Origin: a plasmid
Strand: one strand, 5' to 3'
Length of the DNA: 64,000 bases
Sequence record: NZ_CP104760.1
Shown: in pieces, positions 32,665 through 43,286 of the stretch
Layout: every line of letters begins with the position of its first letter
How positions within the stretch are numbered: position 1 is the stretch's first letter
The notes under the pieces: generated by a model
What the model saw: only the letters and a program-made list of their open reading frames with translations
The model's database searches: none
What the model was told of the DNA's origin: nothing
Translations under genes and position numbers: made by a program

Positions 32665-33750
32665 TTATTTCTGCGCCTGGTCTTTGCGTTCGTCGAGAGT
32701 CTGGCGATATTCATCCAGGAAGGGTTGTTCAGCTGGATCGATGCGATCCATGCCGCTGGTGAAGCGGTGCCAGTAGGGATAACGCGGAGCCGGACGCGTC
32801 ACTTTTTCAATGCGCTGACGCTGCTCATCGCTGAGGGTTAGCTCAAAGGCGTTCAGGTTTTCACGCAGGTGTGTTTCGCTGCGGTTGCCGACGATAAGCG
32901 CGCTGACCCCAGGCCGATCCGCCAGCCAGGCCAGACAGACCTGGGCAATAGAGGCGTTAATTTCTTTGCCGACCTGCTCCAGCACCTCGATAACGTTATA
33001 GGCGTGTTCCATATCGTGCACATAGGGTTCTGGCCAGCCGCTGCCCTGACGGGTCGACTCAGGCGCTTTGCCGTTACGGCTGACCGCGCCGGTCAGCAGG
33101 CCTTCGCCCAGCGGCCCCCAGATCAGCGTGCCGATCTCCTGGTCGAGCGCCATCGGCAGCAGCTCGAACTCTGCTTCACGTGATTCCGGCGTGTAGTAAA
33201 TTTGCTGGCTGACAGGCTTGAGCAGGTGTCGCTCGCTGGCGCAGCCCAGGGTCTTCATCATCTGCCAGGCGGTGTAATTAGAAGTACCGAAGTAACGGAT
33301 TTTGCCGCTCTTCACCAGATCTTCGAGCGCGCGCAGCGTCTCTTCTACCGAGGTGACGCCATCCCAGTTATGGATCTGATAAAGGTCAATATGGTCGGTT
33401 TTAAGTCGGCGCAGGCTCGCTTCGCACGCCTTGATAAGGTGGTAACGGCTGGCGCCGCTCTCATTCGGGCCATCGCCGAGCGGGCTGCGCGCTTTGCTTG
33501 CCAGAATGACATTGTCGCGCTTGTCGCCGAGCGCTTCGCCGACAACCTCTTCTGCGCCGCCCATGGAGTAGAGATCGGCGGTATCGATCATATTAACGCC
33601 GTGATCCAGCGCGATATCGATAAAACGGCGCGCTTCGCTGGCGTTAACGTTGCCGGTTTTTTCAAACCCCGCTTTGCCGCCAAACGGCACGGTACCCAGC
33701 ACGAATTTTGAGACCAGCAGGCCCGAGTGGCCCAGTTTCCTGTATTGCAT
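32665..33750 (-). CDS. aldo/keto reductase family oxidoreductase
   Basis: 361 aa; AKR signatures (MQYRKLGHSGLLVSKFVLGT...IDTADLYS...). Confidence 0.85.
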   Translation of the reverse strand: MQYRKLGHSGLLVSKFVLGTVPFGGKAGFEKTGNVNASEARRFIDIALDHGVNMIDTADLYSMGGAEEVVGEALGDKRDNVILASKARSPLGDGPNESGASRYHLIKACEASLRRLKTDHIDLYQIHNWDGVTSVEETLRALEDLVKSGKIRYFGTSNYTAWQMMKTLGCASERHLLKPVSQQIYYTPESREAEFELLPMALDQEIGTLIWGPLGEGLLTGAVSRNGKAPESTRQGSGWPEPYVHDMEHAYNVIEVLEQVGKEINASIAQVCLAWLADRPGVSALIVGNRSETHLRENLNAFELTLSDEQRQRIEKVTRPAPRYPYWHRFTSGMDRIDPAEQPFLDEYRQTLDERKDQAQK

Positions 33751-34266
33751 TTACTTTCCTCCTTTACAGCTTAAAAAGGCGATCGTAGTCGCAACGGTTT
33801 ACGCATGTTTAAGGGGAAAAGCGTAGGAGAGGATTAGGGGTGGTGCAAACATGATTGGGGCTTAAGGCAGAGTTTTCGGTGAAAAATATCTATAAATTCA
33901 GATTATTATAGGAATTGGTTTTGCAGGGGCTTTATATTTTAAGCAAGCGGTAAACTACTTTAATAGTGGTCTTAAACTGTTCTAAACCCATTAAACCCTT
34001 AAGATGGGATCTCATATGCCTGTTACCATTTAACGCTTGTCTGCATTCGCATAATGAAGAAATACGTAATAGGGCATGAAATTCGCTTAATGCTATTTAT
34101 GTTAAATCAAAGCCTCGGCTTGGGAAATTTGAGCATCAGACCTCCCTTAACTCAAATTGGGGATATAAAAAAATGAAAATCGATAGCTTATAAGTTAATA
34201 AATACTTTAGTAATAGTGGATTTTTTTATATATTGTGTTGGTCTGAACTACTAGGAAACATCGATA

Positions 34267-35409
34267 ATGTCTACTGCTATTGGAAGTATGGAAGAAAGAA
34301 ATCCTTCATTAGAAACCAGTTCTAATGATGAACAGTTGATTGATACCTTAAGTCAAAGCGATATAGGTTCATTATATATTTTTGTCATGAGAGGGCACTG
34401 GGATTTTTTAAGGGAATTTTTACGTAAAATTAATCTTGAAGCGGCAATGAGTAATGGTAGGTTAGCAACGTTTGAAAAGCTAAAACTGTCGATGAATGAA
34501 ATGAAGAAAAGAAACACCGTATCCTTTGAAGGAGTGATGCGGAGCATTAAGAAATTATCACTGTCACTATTAACTATTAATAATAAAGCAGTCTACCTCC
34601 TTAATATCCCAAGTGATTATTTTGCCGAAATACAAGGAAAATTAAAGGGAAAGGATAAAAAAGATGCATTTCATGTTGTCGACACGTCTGAAAATCTGAC
34701 TGAGTCAAATGAAAATCCTGTTTGGATTGATTACGAAGGGAACTATGCTTGCTTATTCCCCTCTATTAAGGAAGCGAATAAAAGAGTAAAACTGGATCCC
34801 AAAAATATACCAGGAATGGAAATGTTTGATTCATTATATGGCTTTGAAACCAAAAAAAATCAGTATATTGACTGCCTGATTATTAAAAATAATAAAGCTT
34901 ATTTGTTAATCGATGTTACTGATGAAGATAAGGCAGACTTTTGTTTAGAGGCTAAACTTAAAACTTTGCCAAGATTAAAAATAGAATTAGATAAATTAAA
35001 GAAAACTCAGCCCATTGAAACAAAAGATATATTCAATGTGATTGAAAAGGTTTGCATCCAATCAGAATCACCTTATAAAGAAAGTAATTATTCTGTTCAT
35101 GAAATGGATTTCGTAAGTCCGGAGCTTTCACGATATTCTGGAAGTAAATCACCAAATAGACCTGATATTAGAAATGATGCATTTAATAAAGCGGGGCTAC
35201 AAAAAACCAAAAGCTCATTAATATATTATAAAGTGTCATTCAACTTCGATAGGCGGCACCCAGTGGTGGGCTTTCCTTATAAACTTATTGTGGGAATACC
35301 TGGAACTTATAAAAGAGCAGCTACTGGAAATGGGCGGGTGGATTATTTTTTATCAAATAATTTCTTTACCGTTGATGATTTTAATTTAATTGAACCTTTG
35401 ATTTTCTAA
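34267..35409 (+). CDS. hypothetical protein (first gene of an AT-rich three-gene operon); no recognisable domain
   Basis: 380-aa ORF; AT-rich, Lys/Asn/Ile-rich composition; no P-loop; stop 2 nt before the start of the next gene. Confidence 0.6.
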   Translation: MSTAIGSMEERNPSLETSSNDEQLIDTLSQSDIGSLYIFVMRGHWDFLREFLRKINLEAAMSNGRLATFEKLKLSMNEMKKRNTVSFEGVMRSIKKLSLSLLTINNKAVYLLNIPSDYFAEIQGKLKGKDKKDAFHVVDTSENLTESNENPVWIDYEGNYACLFPSIKEANKRVKLDPKNIPGMEMFDSLYGFETKKNQYIDCLIIKNNKAYLLIDVTDEDKADFCLEAKLKTLPRLKIELDKLKKTQPIETKDIFNVIEKVCIQSESPYKESNYSVHEMDFVSPELSRYSGSKSPNRPDIRNDAFNKAGLQKTKSSLIYYKVSFNFDRRHPVVGFPYKLIVGIPGTYKRAATGNGRVDYFLSNNFFTVDDFNLIEPLIF

Positions 35410-35411
35410 CT

Positions 35412-35855
35412 ATGAATATAGATGGATGCATAAAGCTACTAAAAGGTAGAATCTCATCATTACTTATATATGATGAGATTGAACAAGATCTGATAAAATT
35501 TGCATCAAAAGTTTTAGAGCTAAATGATGATGCGAATAGCATCATTTTAACTAAAGTTTTGATAGAAAAGATAATTAAAGAATACGGTATTGAGTTAAAT
35601 TATTTAAAGATAATTACAGCGCTAACGCATCCAGATGTTGATTTTCTAAGATTAGAATATCTTTTGTTTATCGATGATGAAAGTATAGAGCTTAGCAATG
35701 AAGATATGCAGCGTGCTTATGATCTTGGGTTTTTACGCAACCCCAAAGATCCTGATCTAATAATAGAAAATTATATGGAGCTAGTTGCGCCTATATTCTT
35801 GATTTCTAAAAACTTTATTAAAGAAATAAGCCAAGGTAAGACTAATGGGTACTGA
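35412..35855 (+). CDS. hypothetical protein (middle gene of the three-gene operon)
   Basis: 147-aa ORF translationally coupled to its neighbours (11-nt overlap with the downstream gene). Confidence 0.6.
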   Translation: MNIDGCIKLLKGRISSLLIYDEIEQDLIKFASKVLELNDDANSIILTKVLIEKIIKEYGIELNYLKIITALTHPDVDFLRLEYLLFIDDESIELSNEDMQRAYDLGFLRNPKDPDLIIENYMELVAPIFLISKNFIKEISQGKTNGY

Positions 35856-36480
35856 TATTTTTAGTCTGCTACAGAACATGAGCCCAGAAGAATTGAAAGT
35901 TTTTCAAAACATTACTATGTTTAGAGAAGCTAGAAAATCGTGGGAATGCTTTGAAGAAGTTTTACATAAATTATTACTTAAAGCCTCAGTATCGTTAGCT
36001 CAATCACGAAATCATCTTACCTTCGATAAAACTTCTGAGGATGGGTATTCGGATGTTTTGTTAAAAATTCTTGAACAGTATAAAGATTACGGATTAATTA
36101 CCACTAGAGAAGAAAATAATGGTGGCCATTGTGATATATCTATAAGTTTTGGTGGATTTAAATGGCTTGGCGAGGCAAAAAAAGCAAAAAGTTATGATTG
36201 GGTTTATGATGGTTTTCTTCAGCTTTGCACGCGTTATTCCACCTGCGATTCCTTATCCAAATCAGGTGGGTTAATTATTTATTGTGGGCAAAAGAAGGCG
36301 GGTACGTTTATGACATCTTGGATGGCTCACTTAAAACTTAAATTTAATGACATACAAGATCATGAAAACCATACCGAAGACCCTAATATAAAAATCACCA
36401 AACATACTCATGGTGTTAGTGAAAATACATATAAGGTTATTCATATCCCAGTATATTTGAATTACACCCCTGAAAAGTGA
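35845..36480 (+). CDS. hypothetical protein with a possible PD-(D/E)xK nuclease-like motif
   Basis: 211 aa; GGHCDISISFGGFKWLGEAKKAK gives D-x13-E-x-K spacing typical of restriction-endonuclease-like folds; by eye only. Confidence 0.5.
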   Translation: MGTDIFSLLQNMSPEELKVFQNITMFREARKSWECFEEVLHKLLLKASVSLAQSRNHLTFDKTSEDGYSDVLLKILEQYKDYGLITTREENNGGHCDISISFGGFKWLGEAKKAKSYDWVYDGFLQLCTRYSTCDSLSKSGGLIIYCGQKKAGTFMTSWMAHLKLKFNDIQDHENHTEDPNIKITKHTHGVSENTYKVIHIPVYLNYTPEK

Positions 36481-36487
36481 CTTGCAT

Positions 36488-36519
36488 AAAGAGAAATATT
36501 GGAAATTATATTTCTCTTT
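36488..36519 (+). terminator. 12-bp perfect-stem hairpin (AAAGAGAAATAT-N8-ATATTTCTCTTT) immediately after the three-gene operon
   Basis: seen directly 8 nt after the stop at 36480; AT-rich stem. Confidence 0.45.
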
Positions 36520-36742
36520 ATGTCATTGATTGGTATTATAACCCTCATATCTAAAATTTATTTTTTATAAATATTTATGAAAGCTAGGTTAATTCCTACG
36601 ATATGAAATTTTCTTTTTTTCATTTGCTTTTCGCCTTACTTCAACCGTTAATAACTATTTGTGATTAGGATGTTATTAGTCCAACCAGTTCAGTTCTAAT
36701 GTGTCTATGCACTGTAATCCCCATAAGTCGGTCAAAGTTCTA

Positions 36743-36845
36743 ACTTCATATAATTAGGATTTTAACAGCCAAACCTTTGTGTACTAGCGCTCTACTTCTT
36801 TTGAAAAGTGCTTAAAATCCTGACTTTATATAATTAGACTTATAC
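36743..36845. repeat. two direct copies of a ~20-nt motif (CTAACTTCATATAATTAGGATTTTA / CTGACTTTATATAATTAGACTTATA) upstream of the integrase gene; possible recombinase arm-type or att-associated sites
   Basis: seen directly at ~36743-36767 and ~36822-36846. Confidence 0.3.
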
Positions 36846-37084
36846 AAACCCAGCGACACACCTTGTGAAACCCGGTATCATGTGGATCCGGGCCAGATCC
36901 TGCGCTGATGGCGCTGTTTACTCTTATGCTTTGGCCTGGAAATCGATGACCGGGCATCCTGAAAGGCGCGTGCGCCCCTTTAAAATGACAACGCTACGTA
37001 AAATCTGCAGGAGTCTACCCCTGCTTTTTTCTCAGAATTCACGTAGCGCGATCAAAGATTAAATTGCGGATAAATTAAACAAAT

Positions 37085-38116
37085 ATGGATGGAATCATCG
37101 CCACAAACGCCCTGCTGCCCCTTTCTCCGTCGGATGACGACCTTACACAGCGCCTGCGTGAGTTTGTTCAGGATAAAGACGCCTTTGCGCCCAACACCTG
37201 GCGGCAGCTGATGAGTGTGATGCGCGTTTGTCATCGCTGGGCAACGGCCAATAATCGTACTCTGCTGCCCATGTCGCCAGAAGATCTGCGTGACTATCTC
37301 AGCTACTTGCAATCGATCGGGCGTGCCTCTTCGACCATTGGCACGCATCAGTCGCTGATAGCGATGTTACACCGTAACGCGGGGCTGGTTCCTCCTTCCA
37401 CTTCACCGCTGGTATCGCGAGCGGTAAAAAAGATCAATCGCGTTGCGGTAGTCTCCGGCGAGCGCACCGGTCAGGCACTGCCGTTCCGGCTGAGTGATTT
37501 GCAGAAGGTGGAAGCCGCGTGGGCGGATAACCAGAGTTTGCAGAATATGCGCGATCTCGCTTTCCTTCATGTGGCTTACAGTACGCTGATGCGTATCAGC
37601 GAAGTGGCACGTTTTCGGGTTGGGGATGTCATGCGCGCTGAAGATGGTCGCATCATTCTCGAAGGGTCGTGGACCAAAACTATCCTGGATACCGGCAGCC
37701 TGGTAAAAGCGCTGGGTTCGAAGTCATCCGCGGTGCTGACGAAATGGATTGTCGCATCGGGCTTAATCCATGAACCCGATGCGTTTCTCTTTGCCCCGGT
37801 TCACCGGTCAGGCAAAGTGATGGTCGTGACCGACGAACCGATGAGCACGCCTGCGCTTAAAAGCATTTTCACCCGCGCCTGGGAGGCAGCCGGCCATACC
37901 ACCACTGCGAAGCCAAACAAAAACCGTTACCGGCGCTGGAGTGGTCACAGCGCACGCGTCGGCGCGGCACAGGATCTGGCACGTAAAGGTTATTCGGTAC
38001 CGCAGATTATGCAGGAAGGAACCTGGAAAAAACCTGAAACGCTGATGCGCTACATTCGCTATGTGGAAGCTCACAAGGGAGCAATGGTCGATCTGATGGA
38101 AAATAATGAAGAATAA
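37085..38116 (+). CDS. tyrosine-type site-specific recombinase/integrase
   Basis: 343 aa; N-terminal SAM-like core-binding domain; C-terminal catalytic residues in RWSGHSARVGAAQDL...LMRYIRY (H-x-x-R ... Y). Confidence 0.85.
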   Translation: MDGIIATNALLPLSPSDDDLTQRLREFVQDKDAFAPNTWRQLMSVMRVCHRWATANNRTLLPMSPEDLRDYLSYLQSIGRASSTIGTHQSLIAMLHRNAGLVPPSTSPLVSRAVKKINRVAVVSGERTGQALPFRLSDLQKVEAAWADNQSLQNMRDLAFLHVAYSTLMRISEVARFRVGDVMRAEDGRIILEGSWTKTILDTGSLVKALGSKSSAVLTKWIVASGLIHEPDAFLFAPVHRSGKVMVVTDEPMSTPALKSIFTRAWEAAGHTTTAKPNKNRYRRWSGHSARVGAAQDLARKGYSVPQIMQEGTWKKPETLMRYIRYVEAHKGAMVDLMENNEE

Positions 38117-38386
38117 GCCGCTTAGTTATCCACAGAAAAAGTGGACAGCCTGTGTGAAACTCCGGGAAAAGATGCGACGAACTGCGCATTGATACAGGAC
38201 ATCAGTCTATTTTGGGAATGAATTAATACGCAAATACATCGGGTTACCCGCTCCTGATTGAGCTATGCGTTTAAGTCATATCTCCAGGCACACGAACTCA
38301 CAAATTTGACCGCATTTTTTCATAATGGTTCAGATGAATTCGCCTGAAGGTGCATGTTTACCTTCTGTCCTGTCGAAAGACTATGC

Positions 38387-39283
38387 TTACGCTTCCCGGT
38401 AGCGCAGCGCGTTGATGACCTCAACAAGGGCAGGCATCATCTGGCGGCGGTTTGCATAGTAAAGATGGTATCCCGGAAAATGTGGCCACCACTCTTTTAG
38501 AACGGGGAGTAACTGCCCGGCTTCAATGTGCTTCTGCGCAAGATCCAGCGGAACATAAGCAAGCCCCGTTCCATCCAGCGCCGCCTGTAGCATAAGGAAG
38601 GTGTTGTTAAAAACGGTCTGGCCCTGCACCCGCACCGATAACGTCTTGCCCTCTTTTTCAAAGTCCCATGCATAGAGCCCGCCACGTGTAGGAAGCCGCA
38701 GATTGATACACTGATGCTCGGTCAAATCAGCGGGTGTTTCAGGCATCTTTTTATCCTGCAGATAGTCTGGCGAACCGACCACTGCCATATGAAAGTCGGG
38801 TCCGATCCTGACGGCTATCATATCCTTATCAACCACATTGCCGACCCGGACGCCAGCGTCGAACTGCTGCGCCACAATATCCGTCAGGGCATAGTCCACG
38901 CTTAACTCGATATGAATGTCCGGGTATCGCTTCAGTAAGGGCTGCAGTCGTGGCCAGAGCACAGAGGCGATCGCGTGATCGTGTGCGGTAATGCGAACGG
39001 CGCCCGCCGGTTTCTCGCCCATCGCGCGCAGAGACGCCAGTTCGCTGTCCAGCTCGCTTAGCATTGGCATTAACCGGTTATACAGACGCATTCCGGCTTC
39101 CGTAAGTGAAACGCTGCGTGTTGTGCGCGTCAGTAATCTGACGCCGAGCCGCGCCTCCAGCGCCGTAATCGCATGGCTTAATCCCGAACGCGATATACCA
39201 AGCTGAGCTGCTGCGCGGGTAAAGTTTTTTTCGCGCGCCACAATTTGAAAGGCGCGCAGGTCATTAAGATTTTCATGCGCCAT
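38387..39283 (-). CDS. LysR-family transcriptional regulator
   Basis: start set at MAHENLNDLRAFQIVAREKNFTRAAAQLGISRSGLSHAI (LysR HTH); the ORF track extends it upstream; divergent from the cupin/CMD genes. Confidence 0.8.
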   Translation of the reverse strand: MAHENLNDLRAFQIVAREKNFTRAAAQLGISRSGLSHAITALEARLGVRLLTRTTRSVSLTEAGMRLYNRLMPMLSELDSELASLRAMGEKPAGAVRITAHDHAIASVLWPRLQPLLKRYPDIHIELSVDYALTDIVAQQFDAGVRVGNVVDKDMIAVRIGPDFHMAVVGSPDYLQDKKMPETPADLTEHQCINLRLPTRGGLYAWDFEKEGKTLSVRVQGQTVFNNTFLMLQAALDGTGLAYVPLDLAQKHIEAGQLLPVLKEWWPHFPGYHLYYANRRQMMPALVEVINALRYREA

Positions 39284-39415
39284 TGGTGAATCTCCTGCAC
39301 ATAGGCGTTCATATTTGCCCATCTTATCAAACAATACGCCTGAGCCTAAACTGAACTGACTATTCATCGGCAGGCCAGCGCCTGACCCATTTAACTTACT
39401 GGTAAAGGGGATCGT

Positions 39416-39901
39416 ATGAAGAGACTTGCTGCTGCTGCGCTGTCCCTCGCGCTTGCCTGTTCCGCCGTTCACTCAAAGGAGTACACACCTGTGATCACCG
39501 TAATGCAAAGTGGAGAAAAACCTTCAGTAAAAGGTTCGCCTGACTATTTCACCGGAACGGTACGAATTGACTCTCCGTTTCAGGGAAGTGAGCCAGCCCG
39601 TATAGGCGGCGCGACCGTGACGTTTGAGCCTTCTGCCCGCACAGCCTGGCATACGCATCCCCTTGGCCAGACGCTGATTGTCACCGCAGGCCTTGGGCTC
39701 GTTCAGGAGTGGGGAGAGCCGGTACGCGAAATCCGGCCTGGAGATATTGTATGGATACCGGCTGGCGTGAAGCACTGGCATGGTGCCGCGCCAGAAGTGA
39801 GCATGTCGCATATCGCTATTGCTGAAGCGCAGGAAGGCAAAGTGGTTGACTGGATGGAGCAGGTCAGCGACGAGCAGTATGCCGGCGTTGAAAAATCGTA
39901 A
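39416..39901 (+). CDS. secreted cupin-domain protein
   Basis: 161 aa; signal peptide; cupin motifs ([15 protein letters not shown] ... VKHWHGA). Confidence 0.7.
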   Translation: MKRLAAAALSLALACSAVHSKEYTPVITVMQSGEKPSVKGSPDYFTGTVRIDSPFQGSEPARIGGATVTFEPSARTAWHTHPLGQTLIVTAGLGLVQEWGEPVREIRPGDIVWIPAGVKHWHGAAPEVSMSHIAIAEAQEGKVVDWMEQVSDEQYAGVEKS

Positions 39902-39908
39902 GGGCATA

Positions 39909-40661
39909 ATGATGAAGCGGAGTATAGCTGCCGGTCTGATGTTATGCGCCGCTCTGGTTTATTCCGGCAGCGCTGCCGGAGAGCGCGACACCCACGCTTC
40001 GATAAAGAGTAACGCCATGCTAATTCAACAGAAACATCCTCTTACCGCGCAGCAAAAGCAGACGGCGGTTATCGCCGCGTATGCCGCGACGGGTGATATC
40101 CCTGCGCTACATGATGCTCTGCAGCAGGCGCTGGACGCCGGTCTGACCATCAGCGACTGCCGTGAGATCCTGGTTCAGCTTTATGCCTATGCTGGTTTTC
40201 CCCGTAGCCTGAATGCGCTGGCTGAGTTGATGAAAGTCATTGATGCGCGTCGGGAACAGGGCATAAAAGATGCAGAAGGCAGAGCGCCTGGCCCGCTGCC
40301 GAAACCCGAAGAGATGCTGGCGGCCGGAACGCAGAACCAGACAACCCTCGCAGGCAGCCCGGTCAAAGGCGCCCTGTTCGATTTCGCGCCTGCGATAGAT
40401 CACTATCTGAAGGTCCATCTGTTCGGCGATATTTTCAGCCGCGACAACCTCGACTGGAAAAGCCGCGAGCTTGCTACCGTTGCTGCGCTGGCGGCCATGA
40501 CCGGCGTGGAATCGCAGCTGAAAGCGCACCTGGGCATAAGCAAAAACGTCGGGCTGACGGATGCGCAGCTCGCAGAGCTTATTCCTCTGTTTGAAAGCAG
40601 AGGCGAGAACAGCACTGCGCAACGGCTCCAGGGTGCGCTGGACGCGGTGCGCGATCGCTAA
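39909..40661 (+). CDS. carboxymuconolactone decarboxylase (CMD/AhpD-like) family protein, secreted
   Basis: ~250 aa; signal peptide; two CMD-like repeats; start set at the ATG at 39909. Confidence 0.7.
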   Translation: MMKRSIAAGLMLCAALVYSGSAAGERDTHASIKSNAMLIQQKHPLTAQQKQTAVIAAYAATGDIPALHDALQQALDAGLTISDCREILVQLYAYAGFPRSLNALAELMKVIDARREQGIKDAEGRAPGPLPKPEEMLAAGTQNQTTLAGSPVKGALFDFAPAIDHYLKVHLFGDIFSRDNLDWKSRELATVAALAAMTGVESQLKAHLGISKNVGLTDAQLAELIPLFESRGENSTAQRLQGALDAVRDR

Positions 40662-40703
40662 CAGGATCATGCTGCGCCGCTGTCTGCGGCGCAGCAGCTT
40701 TAC

Positions 40704-41414
40704 TCAGGGCTGACAGATTCCGAACAGGCGATGCATCGCCTTTGTGCCTTCTTTCGTTACCGTGACTTCACGATATCCGGGCACGCGAAGCAGCCACGCA
40801 TGCTGCAGAAAGCATGTCAGCAGCGCATGACCTGCGTCTCCTCCCAAATGAAAGCGCCTTTCACTCCAGTCAAGACATGAACAACAGGCTTTGCGCCTTG
40901 CTTCAGGATGCAGTACCGCCCCCAAATCATGAAACTGCGTTTTACCAACAGACGTAAGAGATGATCCGTCAGGCTCCAGCCACTTTTCCTGCAGCATAAA
41001 TGCGTAAATATTCACAGCAAGTTCGCCAGCAAGGTGGTCGTAGCAGGTGCGCGCGTAGCGTAAATGCTCAGGAGTGCGCGGCGGTGGCAAAGCGCGGCTG
41101 TGGGTGGATACGCCCATCAGGTTTTCCAGCAGTCCGGCAATGTGATGCCCGGCCAGGCTGTAATAGCGGTGACGTCCCTGAGAGAGGCAGATGATCAGCC
41201 CGCTGCTGAGCAGCCGCGCAAGATGGCCGCTGGTGGTCGAAGCGGCAACAGAGGCTGCCGCGCTGAGCTCGGTGGCGGTCCAGGCCCGTCCATCCATAAG
41301 CGCGCAGAGGATAGTGACCCGGGACGGATCAGACAGGGCGGCAGCCACGAGCGACATCGATTTTTCCAGACCGCTCTCGGGGAGCGAGTCATGTTCACTC
41401 TGCAACAGGCTCAT
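40704..41414 (-). CDS. two-domain ArsR/SmtB-like regulator (paralog of 20440-21129)
   Basis: 236 aa; ArsR HTH ([42 protein letters not shown]) plus C-terminal CYDHLAG and [13 protein letters not shown] motifs shared with the island copy. Confidence 0.7.
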   Translation of the reverse strand: MSLLQSEHDSLPESGLEKSMSLVAAALSDPSRVTILCALMDGRAWTATELSAAASVAASTTSGHLARLLSSGLIICLSQGRHRYYSLAGHHIAGLLENLMGVSTHSRALPPPRTPEHLRYARTCYDHLAGELAVNIYAFMLQEKWLEPDGSSLTSVGKTQFHDLGAVLHPEARRKACCSCLDWSERRFHLGGDAGHALLTCFLQHAWLLRVPGYREVTVTKEGTKAMHRLFGICQP

Positions 41415-41802
41415 TCAACACTGTCTCCCATTTTCTGGTGACTTCAGCAGCCCGAACATCATCATCCGTAAGAAGTATGAGCCGGTTGCTGTGATCGCTA
41501 TACTGTACTCGAATATTAATGCCGCTCCGGCCCAGAGCATCAGCGAGTTCGCCCAGCTCTCCGGGACGTTCCTGAGGCAGCTTGCGGATCAGCGGGCGGC
41601 ACAGTGCTTTAACGTCAAATCCCGCTTCCGTCAGCACCCGCCGGGCCTTTTCTCCATCCTCAACAAGGTAATGGGCGTGTCCACCGTCGGAGGTGGTAAA
41701 AACGCCGCCGCCTTCAAGTCCGATGCCGTTTTTCCCCAGCGTACCGCCCAGTAAGGCAAGCGCGCCTGGCCTGTTGCTCAGAACGATGTGGATATCATAC
41801 AT
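41395..41802 (-). CDS. ACT-domain-like small protein
   Basis: start set at [20 protein letters not shown]; ACT-like beta-alpha-beta-beta-alpha-beta pattern; family assignment tentative. Confidence 0.5.
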   Translation of the reverse strand: MYDIHIVLSNRPGALALLGGTLGKNGIGLEGGGVFTTSDGGHAHYLVEDGEKARRVLTEAGFDVKALCRPLIRKLPQERPGELGELADALGRSGINIRVQYSDHSNRLILLTDDDVRAAEVTRKWETVLNEPVAE

Positions 41803-42118
41803 GCTGATGCGCTTCCTTATCTGAAGAGTAATCGCGGAACACGTGGGCGACCCGTATTCTGTAGCTGGCGAAAATAGATCCCCTGCCCTCTTTTTGCGCA
41901 GCCTGATGCATAACGTTTTGCTTCCAGCGCGCCACGGCATCTTCGTCTTCCCACCAGGAAAGAGACAATATTTTTCCTGCTGTACTCAGGCTTTGAAAGC
42001 GCTCAACTGAAATAAATCCTGGTGCATCAGCTAATAAAGGCTTCAGCTCCGCGGCAAGCTGCAGGTAGTGCTCCTGCGCGTCAGGAAGGGCATTCGCTTC
42101 AAATATTACGGCAATCAT
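41795..42118 (-). CDS. antibiotic-biosynthesis-monooxygenase (ABM) domain protein
   Basis: 107 aa; ABM/ferredoxin-like fold pattern (MIAVIFEA...FISVERFQS...[15 protein letters not shown]). Confidence 0.7.
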   Translation of the reverse strand: MIAVIFEANALPDAQEHYLQLAAELKPLLADAPGFISVERFQSLSTAGKILSLSWWEDEDAVARWKQNVMHQAAQKEGRGSIFASYRIRVAHVFRDYSSDKEAHQHV

Positions 42119-42258
42119 TTGCTGTCTCCGGTATGAAATACGCCGTTCAGCTTATGGTGTGCCACAGCCCGATGCTTCGGTGTACGCCGAAGTATGCGTT
42201 TGTCTGACTGAGGAAGGTTAGCGCTGCATAAACCCGCTTTTCTTAAGCCGTTAACAAA

Positions 42259-43182
42259 CTAAACAGGCGGCTGTTTTTGTGCCTCGCCCGATGGCACTGG
42301 CTCCGTTTCATGGATCAGTTTAAGTAAGTGCGTTACCGTTCTGGCCGTATTGCTGCGTCGCCAGGCAAAGGCGATATCCGTAAAGAGCGTATTGTTCTCT
42401 ATCTCGCGAAAGACAATGTGCGGGTTGTTCACACAGCACATGGATGCAGGCACCAGCGCGATACCGCAGTTAGCCCCCACCATGCCGAGGGAAGAGGTAA
42501 TCTGGGGCGCCTGCTGAAATCGCGCCGTATTGAATCCCGCGCGCAGACAGGTACTCACGATCAGTTCATAGAGGCTGGGGGAAACATCACGCGGAAAGAT
42601 GATCAGCGCTTCGTCCGATAGCTCTGACAGCGCAATGGTGTGCTGATGGCTGAGGGCATGATTCGCTGGCAAGGCGATTAACATTCTCTCGGTGGCGATC
42701 ACCTTCAGGTTAAATGCTCTGCTGCTTTCGCAGGGCAGCCGGATAAAGGCCGCATCGAGCATTCCCTCTCGCAAGTCCTGCATCAGCAACGCCATATTCT
42801 CTTCCCGCGTGATGAGCTCCATCGCGGGATAACGCGCCTTAAAACGGCGAATAAGATCGAATACCGGCTCGCTAAACGCCACCGAACTGGCAAAACCCAG
42901 CGACATCTGTCCACTTATGCCCCGCGCCACGCCGCGGGCTTTTTCCAGCGCGAGATCGGCCTGCTGCACAATCTGTATCGCATCAGGCAGAAAAGCGCTA
43001 CCCGCCTCGGTGAGCTCCACGCCACGCGTCAGTCGCTTCAGCAAAGGCGTGCCGATCTCATGCTCCAGACGCTGAATTTGCTGACTCAGGGGAGGTTGAG
43101 AAATGCCAAGCATCTCCGCTGCGCGGGTGAAGTGCAGCGTCTCGGCCACAGCAACGAAATAACGTAGATGGCGAAGTTCCAT
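42259..43182 (-). CDS. budR: LysR-family regulator of the acetoin/2,3-butanediol operon (BudR/AlsR-like)
   Basis: 307 aa; LysR HTH MELRHLRYFVAVAETLHFTRAAEMLGISQPPLSQQIQRLE; divergent from budABC. Confidence 0.8.
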   Translation of the reverse strand: MELRHLRYFVAVAETLHFTRAAEMLGISQPPLSQQIQRLEHEIGTPLLKRLTRGVELTEAGSAFLPDAIQIVQQADLALEKARGVARGISGQMSLGFASSVAFSEPVFDLIRRFKARYPAMELITREENMALLMQDLREGMLDAAFIRLPCESSRAFNLKVIATERMLIALPANHALSHQHTIALSELSDEALIIFPRDVSPSLYELIVSTCLRAGFNTARFQQAPQITSSLGMVGANCGIALVPASMCCVNNPHIVFREIENNTLFTDIAFAWRRSNTARTVTHLLKLIHETEPVPSGEAQKQPPV

Positions 43183-43286
43183 ATCAAAAACGTCTCAAAG
43201 TTAACTGGTTTAGCTATTGGATTCTGTGAGCTATCTGGCCCACCATGATATTAACACGGCTTAACTATTGGTTTGTGAGGCAGCAT

